DNA of 32,000 nucleotides, from NCBI RefSeq assembly GCF_018917235.1, contig NZ_JAHLOF010000005.1, forward strand, positions 185,129-217,128, given 5' to 3'. This document shows positions 7,429 to 17,776 of this stretch, piece after piece. This DNA comes from Metaclostridioides mangenotii. GTDB lineage: Bacteria; Bacillota; Clostridia; Peptostreptococcales; Peptostreptococcaceae. How positions within the stretch are numbered: position 1 is the stretch's first letter; each line of letters begins with the position of its first letter. Under the pieces are notes generated by a model that ran no database searches, was not told the origin of the DNA, and worked only from the letters and a program-made list of their open reading frames with translations. The translations under genes and the position numbers were made by a program.

Positions 7429-9081
7429 TTACCAAGGTTGCATTGCTCCGCCTTCTTCTGCAGGCCTACAATTTTTAGCAAAAAGAGCTAGTAAACCTTT
7501 TGTCTCTTTTGGCTCAGGGCGAACCCAATTTTTTCTTCTTTTTGCAAGTTCTTCATCAGATACTTCTAAAGTAACTTCACCTTTTGGTAGATCTACTACA
7601 ATCATATCCCCGTCTTCAACTAAAGCAATAACCCCTCCGTCGTAAGCTTCTGGTGAAACATGGCCAACTATAGCACCATAATTAAATCCAGAAAATCTTG
7701 CATCTGTTACTAGACCTACACTTGTATGTAATCCTTTGGCAACTAAAGCATCTGTAGAAAGCATTACTTCCTTCATTCCAGGTGCACCTTTACATCCTTC
7801 GTATCTTATTACTATAACATCCTCTGGAACTATATCTCCAGATTCTATTGCTTTGAGTGCATGGAAGTCATTGTCAAAAGTTTTAGCTTTACCTCTAAAA
7901 TACTTCATTTCTTTTGGAACTCCTGTTGGTCTAACAATCGCTCCGTTTGGTGATAGATTTCCCCTAAGTACTTTAAGACCTGGTTCATCAAATAAAGGAT
8001 CTTTTAAACTTCTTATGATTTCAGAGCTTTCTGCTCTTACGTCTTTTAATACATCTTTCCATGTATTTCCCAACATAGTTGGGACATTTGTATGTAACTT
8101 ATCTTCTAGCATCTTCATTACAACGGGTATGCCACCGGCATAATGGAAGTCTACAACTGTATAAGATCCACTTGGGATAACACCACATATACACGGGATT
8201 TCAGATGCAAGTTCATCAAAATCCTTCATAGTAATATCTATATCTAATTCAACAGCCATACTTAAAATATGAAGCACTGCATTTGTAGAACCTGCTACTG
8301 CCATATCTACCATAATTGAGTTTAAAAGCGTCTCTCTAGTTATTAGGTCTGAAGGTTTAATTCCTTTTTTAACTAGCTCAACTACATAACTTCCAGCTTC
8401 TCTGGATTTTCTTATTTTTTGATTATCCGATGCCGGTATCGTTCCTGTACCTGGGAGCACTAAGTTAAAAACCTCACCTAACATTTGCATTGTATTCGCT
8501 GTTCCCATAGATGGACATGCACCGAATGATGGACAAACATGTTCTTCCATATCTGCAAGAGATTCTTCACTATCTCCTCTTAGTACTGCCACATCAAGCT
8601 CTGCTTCTACAACTTTCTTTCCTCGGTAATTCCCTGGTTGCATAGATCCACCAGTTACTATCATACTAGGTATATCAAGTCTAGCTGCTGCTAAGTATGT
8701 ACCAGCAATTATATTGTCACAAGAAGCTACCATAACCAAACCATCAAAGTGGTGGACTTTAGTAACAAACTCTATTGACATAGCTACTATATCACGACCT
8801 GCTTGTTCGTATTTTAATTCTTCTGCTCCGTTGGCGACATTCCCACAAGTTGCAGGTATTCCAAACTCAACAGGTATCCCACCAGCTGCCCAAATTCCTT
8901 GCTTTACAGCTTCAGCTATCTGTCTTAAGTGAGCACTTCCAGGTGAGCCTTCCATGAATGAGTTGGCAACTCCTATATGAGGTTTATTTTTAATCTCGTT
9001 ATCTGTATATCCTGAAGCTTTCAACATTACTCTTCTGTGTGCTGCCTTAGGTCCATTCCAATATTCGCGATTACTCTTCAT
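7429..9081 (-). CDS. IlvD/Edd-family dehydratase; divergent paralog, not clearly a canonical dihydroxy-acid dehydratase
   Basis: The 550-aa ORF has full-length IlvD/Edd architecture: CPSFGACPSMGTANTM, AGSTNAVLH, IRYEGCKGAPGM, TDARFSGF, GHVSPEA. It has ASCDNIIAG where the family has C-D-K, and GIPATCGNVANG where IlvD has xxDDGIAMG. SD is GGAGG. Confidence 0.75.
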   Translation of the reverse strand: MKSNREYWNGPKAAHRRVMLKASGYTDNEIKNKPHIGVANSFMEGSPGSAHLRQIAEAVKQGIWAAGGIPVEFGIPATCGNVANGAEELKYEQAGRDIVAMSIEFVTKVHHFDGLVMVASCDNIIAGTYLAAARLDIPSMIVTGGSMQPGNYRGKKVVEAELDVAVLRGDSEESLADMEEHVCPSFGACPSMGTANTMQMLGEVFNLVLPGTGTIPASDNQKIRKSREAGSYVVELVKKGIKPSDLITRETLLNSIMVDMAVAGSTNAVLHILSMAVELDIDITMKDFDELASEIPCICGVIPSGSYTVVDFHYAGGIPVVMKMLEDKLHTNVPTMLGNTWKDVLKDVRAESSEIIRSLKDPLFDEPGLKVLRGNLSPNGAIVRPTGVPKEMKYFRGKAKTFDNDFHALKAIESGDIVPEDVIVIRYEGCKGAPGMKEVMLSTDALVAKGLHTSVGLVTDARFSGFNYGAIVGHVSPEAYDGGVIALVEDGDMIVVDLPKGEVTLEVSDEELAKRRKNWVRPEPKETKGLLALFAKNCRPAEEGGAMQPW

Positions 9082-9113
9082 AATAATACCTCCACAACTA
9101 TAATTAATTTAAA

Positions 9114-10100
9114 TTAATTCCACTCTGTGCCTACCCCTACAGACAGTGCTTTGTCGTAAATATGCTTAGCTGTTACTAAATCCTGTGTTCCTATCCCTAC
9201 AGTTTTAAATACTATTATTTCATCATCATTTTCTCTTCCTACTATTTTACCTAATATTAAATCTCCTAGATCTCCTGTAAAATCGTCTTTCGTTATTGTT
9301 CCATCTGCAAGAGGAATAAGTATATCCCCTGCCTCTGATAAAACCGCATCTACTGAATCAAAGTATATCTTAGAAGCTTTAGTCAATACGACAGGATCCA
9401 TCTCTTGCATTTGTGGTTGATAAGATCCAACACAGCTAACTGTAGCTCCTTTTTTAACAATACTTGCATCAAATACAGGCTTTTCTGACGGTGTAACTGT
9501 TATTATTAAGTCCGCATCAGATACAGCTTCATCAGATGTTTTAACTGCTGTTATCTTTGTATTATATGATTTTAATTCTTCTTGCATGCTGTCAGCAAAT
9601 GCCTTAGTTCTTTCATAATTTATGTCATAAACCACAACTTCATCTAGGTTCCTAACTACAATCATAGCCTCTAGCTGTTTAGCTGCTTGTCCACCTGTCC
9701 CAATTAAAGCTCCCTTTTTACAATCTTTTTTAGCTAATAGATCAAAAGCTGCTCCAGAGGCTGCTCCGGTTCTAAGCTGAGTAACATATGTACCGTCCAT
9801 AATTGATGTAAATTCACCTGTCTTTCCATCCATTAGTACTACTGTGGCGGGTGCTGAAGGTATACCCATATCTATATTTCTAGGAAATATATTTACTAAT
9901 TTTAGAGATGCAATATCTAGTTCTTCAACATAAGCTGGCATTGATAAAAATGTACCCTCATATTTAGGAGCTGGTATTTGACCTCTTAATGGAACTTCAC
10001 TTTTTCCCTCAGAAAACAGTCTAAATGCTTCTTTTACACCTTCAATAGAATCTCTCATTGTAAACACTTTGTCGATGTCATTTCTTGATAATAGTAACAT
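9114..10100 (-). CDS. Ornithine cyclodeaminase / mu-crystallin family NAD(P)-dependent enzyme
   Basis: 328-aa ORF. The family pattern is present: LRTGAASGAAFDLLAKKD...LIGTGGQAAKQLEAM (Rossmann GxGxxA). SD is AAGGAGG. It lies 32 nt upstream of the IlvD/Edd gene with no terminator between them. Confidence 0.85.
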   Translation of the reverse strand: MLLLSRNDIDKVFTMRDSIEGVKEAFRLFSEGKSEVPLRGQIPAPKYEGTFLSMPAYVEELDIASLKLVNIFPRNIDMGIPSAPATVVLMDGKTGEFTSIMDGTYVTQLRTGAASGAAFDLLAKKDCKKGALIGTGGQAAKQLEAMIVVRNLDEVVVYDINYERTKAFADSMQEELKSYNTKITAVKTSDEAVSDADLIITVTPSEKPVFDASIVKKGATVSCVGSYQPQMQEMDPVVLTKASKIYFDSVDAVLSEAGDILIPLADGTITKDDFTGDLGDLILGKIVGRENDDEIIVFKTVGIGTQDLVTAKHIYDKALSVGVGTEWN

Positions 10101-10251
10101 AAATTAATTCCTCCTTATTTGTTATTATAATTTAAAAATTAGAATATCGTTTTTATAAATAATAGCTTTTTCAAGTTTTTTGTTATAAGGTATACCTCAA
10201 ATATATAATTTAAAAATAATATAAATTTTAACGTATACCCCTTTAGTAACT

Positions 10252-10279
10252 ATTATATATTTTGTTTATATTTTGTCAA
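10252..10279 (-). promoter_or_regulatory. Consensus sigmaA promoter for the OCD-family / IlvD-Edd-family gene pair
   Basis: On the minus strand, TTGACA (10279..10274), a 16-nt spacer, then TATAAT (10257..10252). This leaves a leader of about 145 nt before the OCD start. Confidence 0.65.
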
Positions 10280-10367
10280 TATTTAATACAGAATTTTAAC
10301 ATAGACAATTAATTTAATTTTATTAAAACACTAGATATCCAACCTTATTTGTAACGAAACCTATTAT

Positions 10368-10419
10368 AAATAAATAAAAAGACTATCATCTTTAAGAATA
10401 CTTTCTTAAGATAGTCTTT
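10368..10419 (-). terminator. Rho-independent terminator of the amidohydrolase gene
   Basis: AAAGACTATC (10378..10387) pairs with GATAGTCTTT (10410..10419), with an inner TTAAG/CTTAA helix. On the minus strand it is followed by TTTTATTTAT. Confidence 0.7.
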
Positions 10420-10455
10420 ATTTTATTTAAAATATTTATTCTATTATTAGGTAAA

Positions 10456-11625
10456 CTACTTCTCGTTGCTATATACTACCTTACCATCAATAATAGTACA
10501 AACTACATTGCTGTTTATCTCAAGTGGAGATCCATCCCAGATTACTAAGTCAGCATCTTTACCAACTTCAATAGATCCAACTCTGTTATCAATTCCCAAA
10601 ACTTTAGCTGGATTTATAGTTATTGATTCTAAAGCCCTCTCCTCAGTCATTCCATGTTTAACAGCGATACCAGCACACATCGGCAAGTACTGAACTGGTA
10701 TAACAGGGTGATCTGTCATAAGGCATACTTCAAGGCCTGCATTTGAAAGTTTTCCTGCTGTTTCAAATGTTAGGTTTCTTAGTTCGATTTTTGATCTTTC
10801 AGAAAGCGATGGCCCTACTATCACAGGATAGTTTTCTTCAACAAGCTCTTCTACTATTAAATGACCTTCTGTACAGTGATCTAATGTCAGATTTAGGTCA
10901 AATTCTTTGCCTATTCTTATCGCTGTAAATATATCATCCGCTCTGTGCGCATGGACTTTAAAAGGCACATCTTTTTTAAGTACAGGAAGTAACCCTTCTA
11001 ATTTTATATCGTATTCCGGTCTATCTCTATCGTCGTCCTCATCCTTTTCGTAAAGATCAATTTCTTCTAGATATTCTTGTGCTTTTTTTAGATTTTCTCT
11101 AAGCATAGCTGCTATAGCCATCCTAGTTTGAGGAGCTTTTTCATCTGATCCGTAGCAAGTCTTTGGATTCTCTCCAAATGCTATTTTTGCAGCTACTGGG
11201 TTTTTTATAATCATCTTATCTATTCTTTTTCCGTAAGTTTTGATTGCTATGCATTGACCGCCAATTACATTAGCGCTACCAGGGGTAACGCATACAGATG
11301 TAATTCCTCCAGAGTAAGCTTCTACAAAGGTTTTATCCATTGGATTTATTCCATCGATAGGGTTTAGATGTGGCATTATTGGATCTGTCTCCTCATTTCC
11401 ATCAGCACCTTCTGATCCCATTCCATCTTCCCATAATCCTAGATGCGTATGAGCATCAATAAAACCTGGATATATGAATCTGCCTTTTGCATCTATTACT
11501 TCTGCATCCAATGGAGCTACTAATCCATCTGATATCTCTACTATTCTACCTTCATCTATTAGAATATCTCCTACTATAACTCCATTTGTTATAGTATTTA
11601 TATTACCATTTTTTATATATATCAT
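10456..11625 (-). CDS. Metal-dependent amidohydrolase-superfamily protein (COG1228-like)
   Basis: 389-aa ORF with GFIDAHTHLG (HxH metal motif), a later HAHRADD, and a C-terminal VGKDADLVIW typical of the amidohydrolase fold. SD is GGGAGGAA. Confidence 0.8.
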   Translation of the reverse strand: MIYIKNGNINTITNGVIVGDILIDEGRIVEISDGLVAPLDAEVIDAKGRFIYPGFIDAHTHLGLWEDGMGSEGADGNEETDPIMPHLNPIDGINPMDKTFVEAYSGGITSVCVTPGSANVIGGQCIAIKTYGKRIDKMIIKNPVAAKIAFGENPKTCYGSDEKAPQTRMAIAAMLRENLKKAQEYLEEIDLYEKDEDDDRDRPEYDIKLEGLLPVLKKDVPFKVHAHRADDIFTAIRIGKEFDLNLTLDHCTEGHLIVEELVEENYPVIVGPSLSERSKIELRNLTFETAGKLSNAGLEVCLMTDHPVIPVQYLPMCAGIAVKHGMTEERALESITINPAKVLGIDNRVGSIEVGKDADLVIWDGSPLEINSNVVCTIIDGKVVYSNEK

Positions 11626-11719
11626 TACATTCCTCCCAAACCTTTTTAAATAAACTTCAAAAAACTACTAACAGTTAATCGATTCTTATGGCCATTTTTA
11701 TATTGTATATTTTTATAAT

Positions 11720-13861
11720 TTATTTTTCCATTGAAAGAGAAACTCTCTTCTTATCCATGTCTACTCCGATTACTTTTACCTCTACTATATCTCCAACAGA
11801 CACTATAGACATAGGATCCTTAACATATGAGTTACTCATCTTAGATTTGTGAACCAACCCATCATTTTTTATTCCAATATCAATAAATGCTCCGAAATCT
11901 ACTACATTTCTAACTGTACCAGTCAGATCCATTCCCTCTTTTATATCTTCTATTTTAAGAACATCTACTCTAAGTATTGGCTTAATACCTTCTTCCCTTG
12001 GATCTCTTCCAGGCTTTTTAATCTCTAGTATTATATCTTTTAAAGTTACTTCACCAATGCCTAATTCTTCACTTAAATTCTTGATACCGATATTTTCAAT
12101 TCTATCATCGATATCTTCAATATTTTTAGATTTTAAATCATTTAATGAATATCCAATTTTTTCTAACATAGCTTTGCATATATTGTAACTTTCAGGATGG
12201 ACACCTGTATTATCCAGAGGATTTTTTGCATCCAATACTCTCATAAATCCAGCACATTGCACAAAAGCCTGAGGCCCAAGTCTTTTAACTTTTTTTAACT
12301 GAGCTCTCGACGTAAATTCTCCGTTTTCTTCTCTGTAAGCAACTATATTTTTAGCTATTGTTTTACTTATACCTGCAATATGCTCAAGTAATGAATATGA
12401 GGCTGTATTCAAATCTACTCCTACTATATTGACTGAATCTTCAATAACTCCATCTAGAACTTCTTCAAGTCTTTTTTTGTTTAGATCATGCTGGTATTGT
12501 CCTACACCTATGCTTTTCGGATCTATTTTAACTAACTCTGCAAGCGGATCTTGAAGTCTTCTTGCTATTGAGATAGCACCTCTTATAGATACGTTTATGT
12601 CTGGGTGTTCTTCATTTGCAAGCTCTGATGCTGAATAAACCGATGCTCCCGCCTCGTTTACTATTACATATTGTACTTCTCTATCTACTTCTTTAAGTAG
12701 CTCGGATACAAATAGCTCGGATTCTCTAGATGCTGTACCATTTCCAATTGAAATAATATCTATTTGATATTTTTCGATCAATGCCTTTAAAGTTTTTTTA
12801 GATCCTTCAACATTGTTTTGAGGCTCTGTTGGGTATACAGTAGTGTAATCTAGTAGCTTTCCATTTTTATCTACCACTGCAATCTTGCAACCAGTTCTAA
12901 ATGCAGGGTCAAATCCCATTACAACTTTTTCTTTTATAGGAGATTGTAAAAGTAAACTTTTTAGATTTTTACCAAAAACACTTATAGCTCTCTCTTGTGC
13001 TATTTCTGTTAGGTGATTTCTTATTTCTCTCTCTATTGATGGGAATATAAGCCTTTTGTAAGAGTCCTCGATTGCTTCTACAATTATTTCCTTATTTTTT
13101 CTATTGTCATTATTTATATATTTATCCTCAATGTTTCTTTGTATTTTATCTGTATTTATATCTAGCTTTACTTTTAAGAATTCTTCTTTTTCTCCTCTAT
13201 TAATTGCAAGTACTCTATGTGGAGCTATTGATTTAACAGACTCGCTGTAATCGTAATACATATCATATACAGATTTCTCATCGGTAGTATTTTTTACTAT
13301 CAAAGTCCCTTCTTTTAGAGCTAAAGTTCTTATAAACTTTCTAATTTCTGCATCATCAGACACCATTTCAGCTATTATATCTCTCGATCCTTTTAACGCA
13401 TCATCTACATTTAAAACTTCTTTTTCTTCGTTTATATAAGAACTAGCCTCATCACCTAAATTTGAGATACTATGCTCTAATATTGATAGAGCAAGATCTT
13501 CAAGTCCTTTTTCTTTGGCCATAGTAGCCCTTGTTCTCTTTTTCTGCTTATAAGGTGCATAAATATCTTCTACTTCTTGAAGAGTATTTGCATTCTCTAT
13601 ATTTTTAACTAATTCACCAGTAAGTTTTCCCTGCTCATCTATAAGCCTTTTTACATCATTTTTTCTCGACTCTAGATTTCTTAAATACATAAGCTTCTCA
13701 TGTAACTCTCTTAAAGTTACGTCACTCATCTCACCAGTCATTTCTTTTCTATATCTTGCTATAAAAGGGATAGTATTCCCCTCGTCTATAAGTTTTATAG
13801 TGTTATTAATTTGCTCATCCCTAAGCTTAAATTCTCTTTTTAAAATATCATATATTTTCAC
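11720..13861 (-). CDS. tex: Tex-like transcription accessory protein (YqgF/RuvC-like, HhH and C-terminal S1 domains)
   Basis: 713-aa ORF with a GTG start. The N-terminus NTIPFIARYRKE, the central GxDPAFRTGCK, and the C-terminal S1 domain (GTVRNVVDFGAFIDIG...HKS) are all present. Confidence 0.92.
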   Translation of the reverse strand: MKIYDILKREFKLRDEQINNTIKLIDEGNTIPFIARYRKEMTGEMSDVTLRELHEKLMYLRNLESRKNDVKRLIDEQGKLTGELVKNIENANTLQEVEDIYAPYKQKKRTRATMAKEKGLEDLALSILEHSISNLGDEASSYINEEKEVLNVDDALKGSRDIIAEMVSDDAEIRKFIRTLALKEGTLIVKNTTDEKSVYDMYYDYSESVKSIAPHRVLAINRGEKEEFLKVKLDINTDKIQRNIEDKYINNDNRKNKEIIVEAIEDSYKRLIFPSIEREIRNHLTEIAQERAISVFGKNLKSLLLQSPIKEKVVMGFDPAFRTGCKIAVVDKNGKLLDYTTVYPTEPQNNVEGSKKTLKALIEKYQIDIISIGNGTASRESELFVSELLKEVDREVQYVIVNEAGASVYSASELANEEHPDINVSIRGAISIARRLQDPLAELVKIDPKSIGVGQYQHDLNKKRLEEVLDGVIEDSVNIVGVDLNTASYSLLEHIAGISKTIAKNIVAYREENGEFTSRAQLKKVKRLGPQAFVQCAGFMRVLDAKNPLDNTGVHPESYNICKAMLEKIGYSLNDLKSKNIEDIDDRIENIGIKNLSEELGIGEVTLKDIILEIKKPGRDPREEGIKPILRVDVLKIEDIKEGMDLTGTVRNVVDFGAFIDIGIKNDGLVHKSKMSNSYVKDPMSIVSVGDIVEVKVIGVDMDKKRVSLSMEK

Positions 13862-13897
13862 TATATTAACCTCTTTTCTTTATCTTAACTATCCCAA

Positions 13898-13955
13898 AGG
13901 GGTGCCTTTAAACTGTCAAGAATATTTCTCTTAATCAGTTTTAAAGACACCCCCT
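13898..13955 (-). terminator. Long imperfect hairpin immediately after the prfB stop (probable terminator)
   Basis: AGGGGTGCCTTTAAACTG (13898..13915) pairs with CAGTTTTAAAGACACCCCCT (13936..13955) with two bulges. The T-tract on the minus strand is poor (CCCCTTTGGG). Confidence 0.45.
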
Positions 13956-13960
13956 ATAGT

Positions 13961-15074
13961 TTATTTGTTTATCGATTTGTTCATCTTTAAATATTCGTTT
14001 ATAAATAAATCTATATCTCCATCCATAACTGCATCTACATTTCCTGACTCTGCATTTGTTCTAGAATCTTTGACTAATTTGTATGGCTGAAACACATAAG
14101 ATCTAATTTGGCTTCCCCACGTTATTTGAGAGTACTTACCTTGTAAATCTTCTATTTTCTCTTTTTTTTCTGATTCCTTTAGTTCTATGAGTTTCGCCAT
14201 TAGCATCCTCATAGCTCTTTCTCTGTTTAGATGTTGGGATCTTTCGTTTTGGCATTGTACTACTATACCAGTAGGAATATGTGTTATTCTTACAGCGGAA
14301 TCAGTAGTATTCACGTGTTGACCACCAGCACCAGATGCTCTATAAGTATCTATTTTAAGATCAGATGGATTTATATCGACTTCAATACTATCATCTAACT
14401 CAGGTACTACATCAACAGAAGCAAATGATGTCTGCCTCTTTCCAGAAGAATTGTAAGGAGATATTCTAACAAGACGATGTACTCCCTTTTCTCCTTTAAG
14501 GTAACCATATGCATTGCTACCTTCTACAGATATAGTCGCTGTTTTAATACCCGCTTCTGGATCAGATATAATGTCTAGAAGTCTAACCTTGAACTCTCTA
14601 TCTTCAGCCCATCTTATATACATTCTGAGAAGCATCTGTGTCCAATCTTGAGCATCTAACCCCCCTGTACCTGCATTAAGTGAGAGAATAGCGTTGTTAC
14701 CATCGTATTCACCATCTAAAAGAGTCTTTATCTTAAGATCACCTAATTCTTTTTCAAGAGAATTTATAGAATCTTTAATCTCCTCATAGACTGAATTATC
14801 ATTTTCCTCTACAGCTAACTCTACTAATACTTCTAAATCCTCAATGGATTCTTTCATATTTTCATAATTCTCTATAGTTTCTTTTATATATTTTAATTCT
14901 TTCAAGACCTTTTGGGCATGATCGTTGTCATCCCAAAAGTCTTGTTTATTTATCTTTTTTTCATAGGTTATCAATTTTGATCTTAAGGTATCTAAGTCAA
15001 AGAGAAACCCTCAATTCTTCTAAATTTGTCTGCATATCTTCTATACTATGTTTAACTTCTTGTGTATTTAACAT
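13961..15074 (-). CDS. prfB: Peptide chain release factor 2, expressed through a programmed +1 ribosomal frameshift
   Basis: Frame 0 runs from the ATG at 15074 (SD GGAGG): MLNTQEVKHSIEDMQTNLEELRVSL, then an in-frame TGA at 14999..14997. Shifting +1 at CTT-TGA-C continues DLDTLRSKLITYEKK..., which joins the 337-aa ORF in the track. The GGQ motif (SGAGGQHVNTTDSAVR) is present. Reconstructed product is 370 aa. Confidence 0.95.
14996..15012 (-). promoter_or_regulatory. RF2 autoregulatory +1 frameshift site
   Basis: The minus strand reads G-AGG-GTT-TCT-CTT-TGA-C. An internal SD-like GAGGG lies a few nt upstream of the slippery CUU-UGA-C, the same layout as the classical prfB site. Confidence 0.9.
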
Positions 15075-15100
15075 TTATTCCTCCACTTACATTCTAGAGT

Positions 15101-17776
15101 CTATTTACCACAACAGTTTTTGTATTTTTTGCCACTTCCACATGGACAAGGATCATTTCTTCCTACTTTGTCGCCTTTAACAATAGTGTGAGTTTCATCT
15201 TCATCATCTGAAGTAGTAGCTGAAAGTTTTTCTACATCAACTACTTGTTTTCTCTCAACAGGCTCTTCTACTGTAATGTTGAATAGATATCTTACAGTAT
15301 CTTCTTTGATATTTTTGTTCATCTCTTCAAACATATCAAAACCTTCCATTTTATATGCAACAACTGGATCTTGTTGACCTATAGCTCGAAGTCCTATACC
15401 TTGGCGTAATTGATCCATGGCATCTATATGATCTATCCAATGATTATCAACAGCTTGAAGTAGTATAACTCTCTCTACCTCTCTCATTCTTTCGTTTCCA
15501 ATTTGTCCTTCTTTTAATGAGTATATCTTTTCTGCTACTTCGTATACCTTTTCAATAAGCTCAACAGAATTTAATTTATCCATTTCAGGTATTTCTAGGC
15601 TACCTTTTGGCATAAATAATCCATAAATATGATCTTTAAATGCATCTTCTTCAAAACCACGATCGGTAGTATACATATTAACAGAATCCTCTATCACAGA
15701 GTGAACCATACTTTGGATTTGATCTTGTAGATTTTCTCCTTCAAGTACTCTACTTCTCTCTGCATACATTACTTCCCTTTGCTTATTCATAACATCATCG
15801 TATTGAAGTACGTGCTTTCTTATACCGAAGTTTTTACCTTCAACTTTCTTTTGAGCACTCTCTATTGATTTAGTAAGAATCTTGTGCTCTATTGGCATAT
15901 CTTCCTCTAAACCTATTTTATCTACTACGCCTGATATTCTATCGCTTCCGAACAGTCTCATAAGATCGTCATCTAGGGCAATATAGAATCTTGAACTACC
16001 TGGGTCACCTTGACGACCAGCACGTCCTCTAAGCTGATTATCAATTCTTCTAGACTCATGTCTTTCGGTACCGATAATCGCAAGACCACCAGCTTCTATA
16101 ACTTTTTCTTGCTCTTCTTCAGTTTGCTTCTTAAACTTTTCAAATAGTCTTTCGTATTCTTTTCTAGCTTCAAATATTTCTTCATTTCCTTCTAAATCTA
16201 GTCCTTCAATAGGTGTATCTACTATATTTATAGTTTCATCACTGAAACCTGATCTCTTCATTTCTTTTTTAGTAAGTACCTCAGGGTTACCTCCTAAAAC
16301 TATATCCGTACCACGACCAGCCATATTAGTCGCTATTGTAACAGCGCCTAATCTACCTGCTTGAGCTATTATCTCAGCCTCTTTGTCATGATGCTTTGCA
16401 TTCAGAACCTCGTGTCTGACTCCCTTTTTCTTAAGAATTGCAGAAAGTAGTTCTGATTTTTCTATAGATACTGTACCAACTAGTACTGGTTGGTTCTTCT
16501 CATGTCTTTCAATTATATCTTGTGAAACAGCGTTAAATTTACCAATTTCACTTTTGTATACTGCGTCGGATTGGTCTTCTCTTATCATCGGTTTATTAGT
16601 TGGAACTTGAAAAACATCCATTTTATAAATGGCTTTGAACTCTTCCTCCTCTGTCTTAGCTGTACCAGTCATACCAGCAATTTTATTGTACATTCTGAAG
16701 TAATTTTGGAATGTTATTGTAGCTAATGTTTTTGATTCTCTTTGTATTTGTAGACTCTCTTTAGCCTCTATTGCTTGATGAAGACCTTCTGAGTATCTTC
16801 TACCAAACATAAGTCTACCAGTAAATTCATCAACGATTACTATTTCTCCGTCTTTATTTACATAGTCAACATCTCTCTTCATAATTGTATGCGCTTTTAA
16901 TGCTTGGTTTATATGATGATAAAGCTCTGTATGTGAAATCTCAGTTATATTTTCAACATTGAAATAAACTTCAGCCTTGTGAATTCCAGTCTCAGTCAAA
17001 GATACTGCTTTATCTTTTTCTTCTTTGGCATAATCTTCAGGCTTTAGAGTTAATACAAATGTATTAGCATCAGAGTATAAATGTGTTGATTTGTCCCCTG
17101 GTCCTGAAATTATAAGAGGAGTCCTTGCCTCATCTATAAGTATTGAGTCAACCTCATCGACAATAGCGTAGTTAAGCCCTCTTTGAACTCTTTCTTCTTT
17201 ATGAATAACCATGTTATCTTTTAGGTAGTCAAAACCGTACTCGTTGTTTGTACCATAAGTTATATCGCAATTGTATTGAGCTCTTCTAACTGCTGAGTCC
17301 TGTCCATGAACTATAACTCCAACAGATAAACCTAAAAACTCGTATATCTTTGCCATTTGATCTCTATCACGCTTTGCTAGGTAGTCATTAACTGTAACAA
17401 CATGAACTCCTTCACCTGTAAGCGCATTCAAATAAACAGGTGCTGTTGCAACTAAAGTCTTACCTTCACCTGTCTTCATCTCTGCTATTCTTCCTTGGTG
17501 TAGAACTATTCCCCCTACTAATTGAACTCTATAGTGTCTAAGGCCTAGGACTCTTTTAGAAGCTTCTCTAACCACTGCAAATGCCTCCGGTAATATCGAA
17601 TCAATACTTTCACCCTTAGCTAATCTATCTTTAAATTCAGTAGTCATGCTTTTTAATTCTTTATCTGACATGGCATCAAACTTAGGCTCAAGTGAATCTA
17701 TAATATCCACTGTCTTATTAAACTTTTTAAGTTCCTTTTTATCTGCCATATTGAACAAACTATCCATAAAACTCAT
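15101..17776 (-). CDS. secA: Preprotein translocase ATPase SecA
   Basis: 891-aa ORF. It has MKTGEGKT (Walker A), [19 protein letters not shown], and the C-terminal zinc-binding tail [15 protein letters not shown]. prfB follows 26 nt downstream, the secA-prfB operon arrangement. Confidence 0.97.
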   Translation of the reverse strand: MSFMDSLFNMADKKELKKFNKTVDIIDSLEPKFDAMSDKELKSMTTEFKDRLAKGESIDSILPEAFAVVREASKRVLGLRHYRVQLVGGIVLHQGRIAEMKTGEGKTLVATAPVYLNALTGEGVHVVTVNDYLAKRDRDQMAKIYEFLGLSVGVIVHGQDSAVRRAQYNCDITYGTNNEYGFDYLKDNMVIHKEERVQRGLNYAIVDEVDSILIDEARTPLIISGPGDKSTHLYSDANTFVLTLKPEDYAKEEKDKAVSLTETGIHKAEVYFNVENITEISHTELYHHINQALKAHTIMKRDVDYVNKDGEIVIVDEFTGRLMFGRRYSEGLHQAIEAKESLQIQRESKTLATITFQNYFRMYNKIAGMTGTAKTEEEEFKAIYKMDVFQVPTNKPMIREDQSDAVYKSEIGKFNAVSQDIIERHEKNQPVLVGTVSIEKSELLSAILKKKGVRHEVLNAKHHDKEAEIIAQAGRLGAVTIATNMAGRGTDIVLGGNPEVLTKKEMKRSGFSDETINIVDTPIEGLDLEGNEEIFEARKEYERLFEKFKKQTEEEQEKVIEAGGLAIIGTERHESRRIDNQLRGRAGRQGDPGSSRFYIALDDDLMRLFGSDRISGVVDKIGLEEDMPIEHKILTKSIESAQKKVEGKNFGIRKHVLQYDDVMNKQREVMYAERSRVLEGENLQDQIQSMVHSVIEDSVNMYTTDRGFEEDAFKDHIYGLFMPKGSLEIPEMDKLNSVELIEKVYEVAEKIYSLKEGQIGNERMREVERVILLQAVDNHWIDHIDAMDQLRQGIGLRAIGQQDPVVAYKMEGFDMFEEMNKNIKEDTVRYLFNITVEEPVERKQVVDVEKLSATTSDDEDETHTIVKGDKVGRNDPCPCGSGKKYKNCCGK

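Noticed and set aside
7736-8143. Antisense ORFs inside large genes. In the track these are 275..493, 4594..4896, 7736..8143, 8714..8932, 10466..10693, 10743..10928, 17646..17906, 20589..20831, 20698..20934, 21317..21646, 25167..25481, 25620..25832, 25926..26150, 27179..27430, 28816..29013, 30780..30980, 31267..31485, 31632..31994 and 31766..31999.
   Set aside because: Each one is embedded opposite a long ORF with clear family motifs. They have low-complexity or odd composition, no SD, and no recognisable motif. These are typical shadow ORFs.
10170-10245. Possible leader structure in the 145-nt 5' UTR of the OCD/IlvD-like operon (GGTATAC and GTATACC segments that could pair)
   Set aside because: Only about 7 bp of self-palindromic sequence is involved, with a loop of about 30 nt. 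There is no terminator or SD-sequestering arrangement and no resemblance to a known riboswitch core.
14977-15180. 67-aa plus-strand ORF spanning the prfB-secA junction
   Set aside because: It is antisense to the prfB frame-0 leader and the secA C-terminal zinc-finger codons. The region is fully accounted for by those two genes and the frameshift site.
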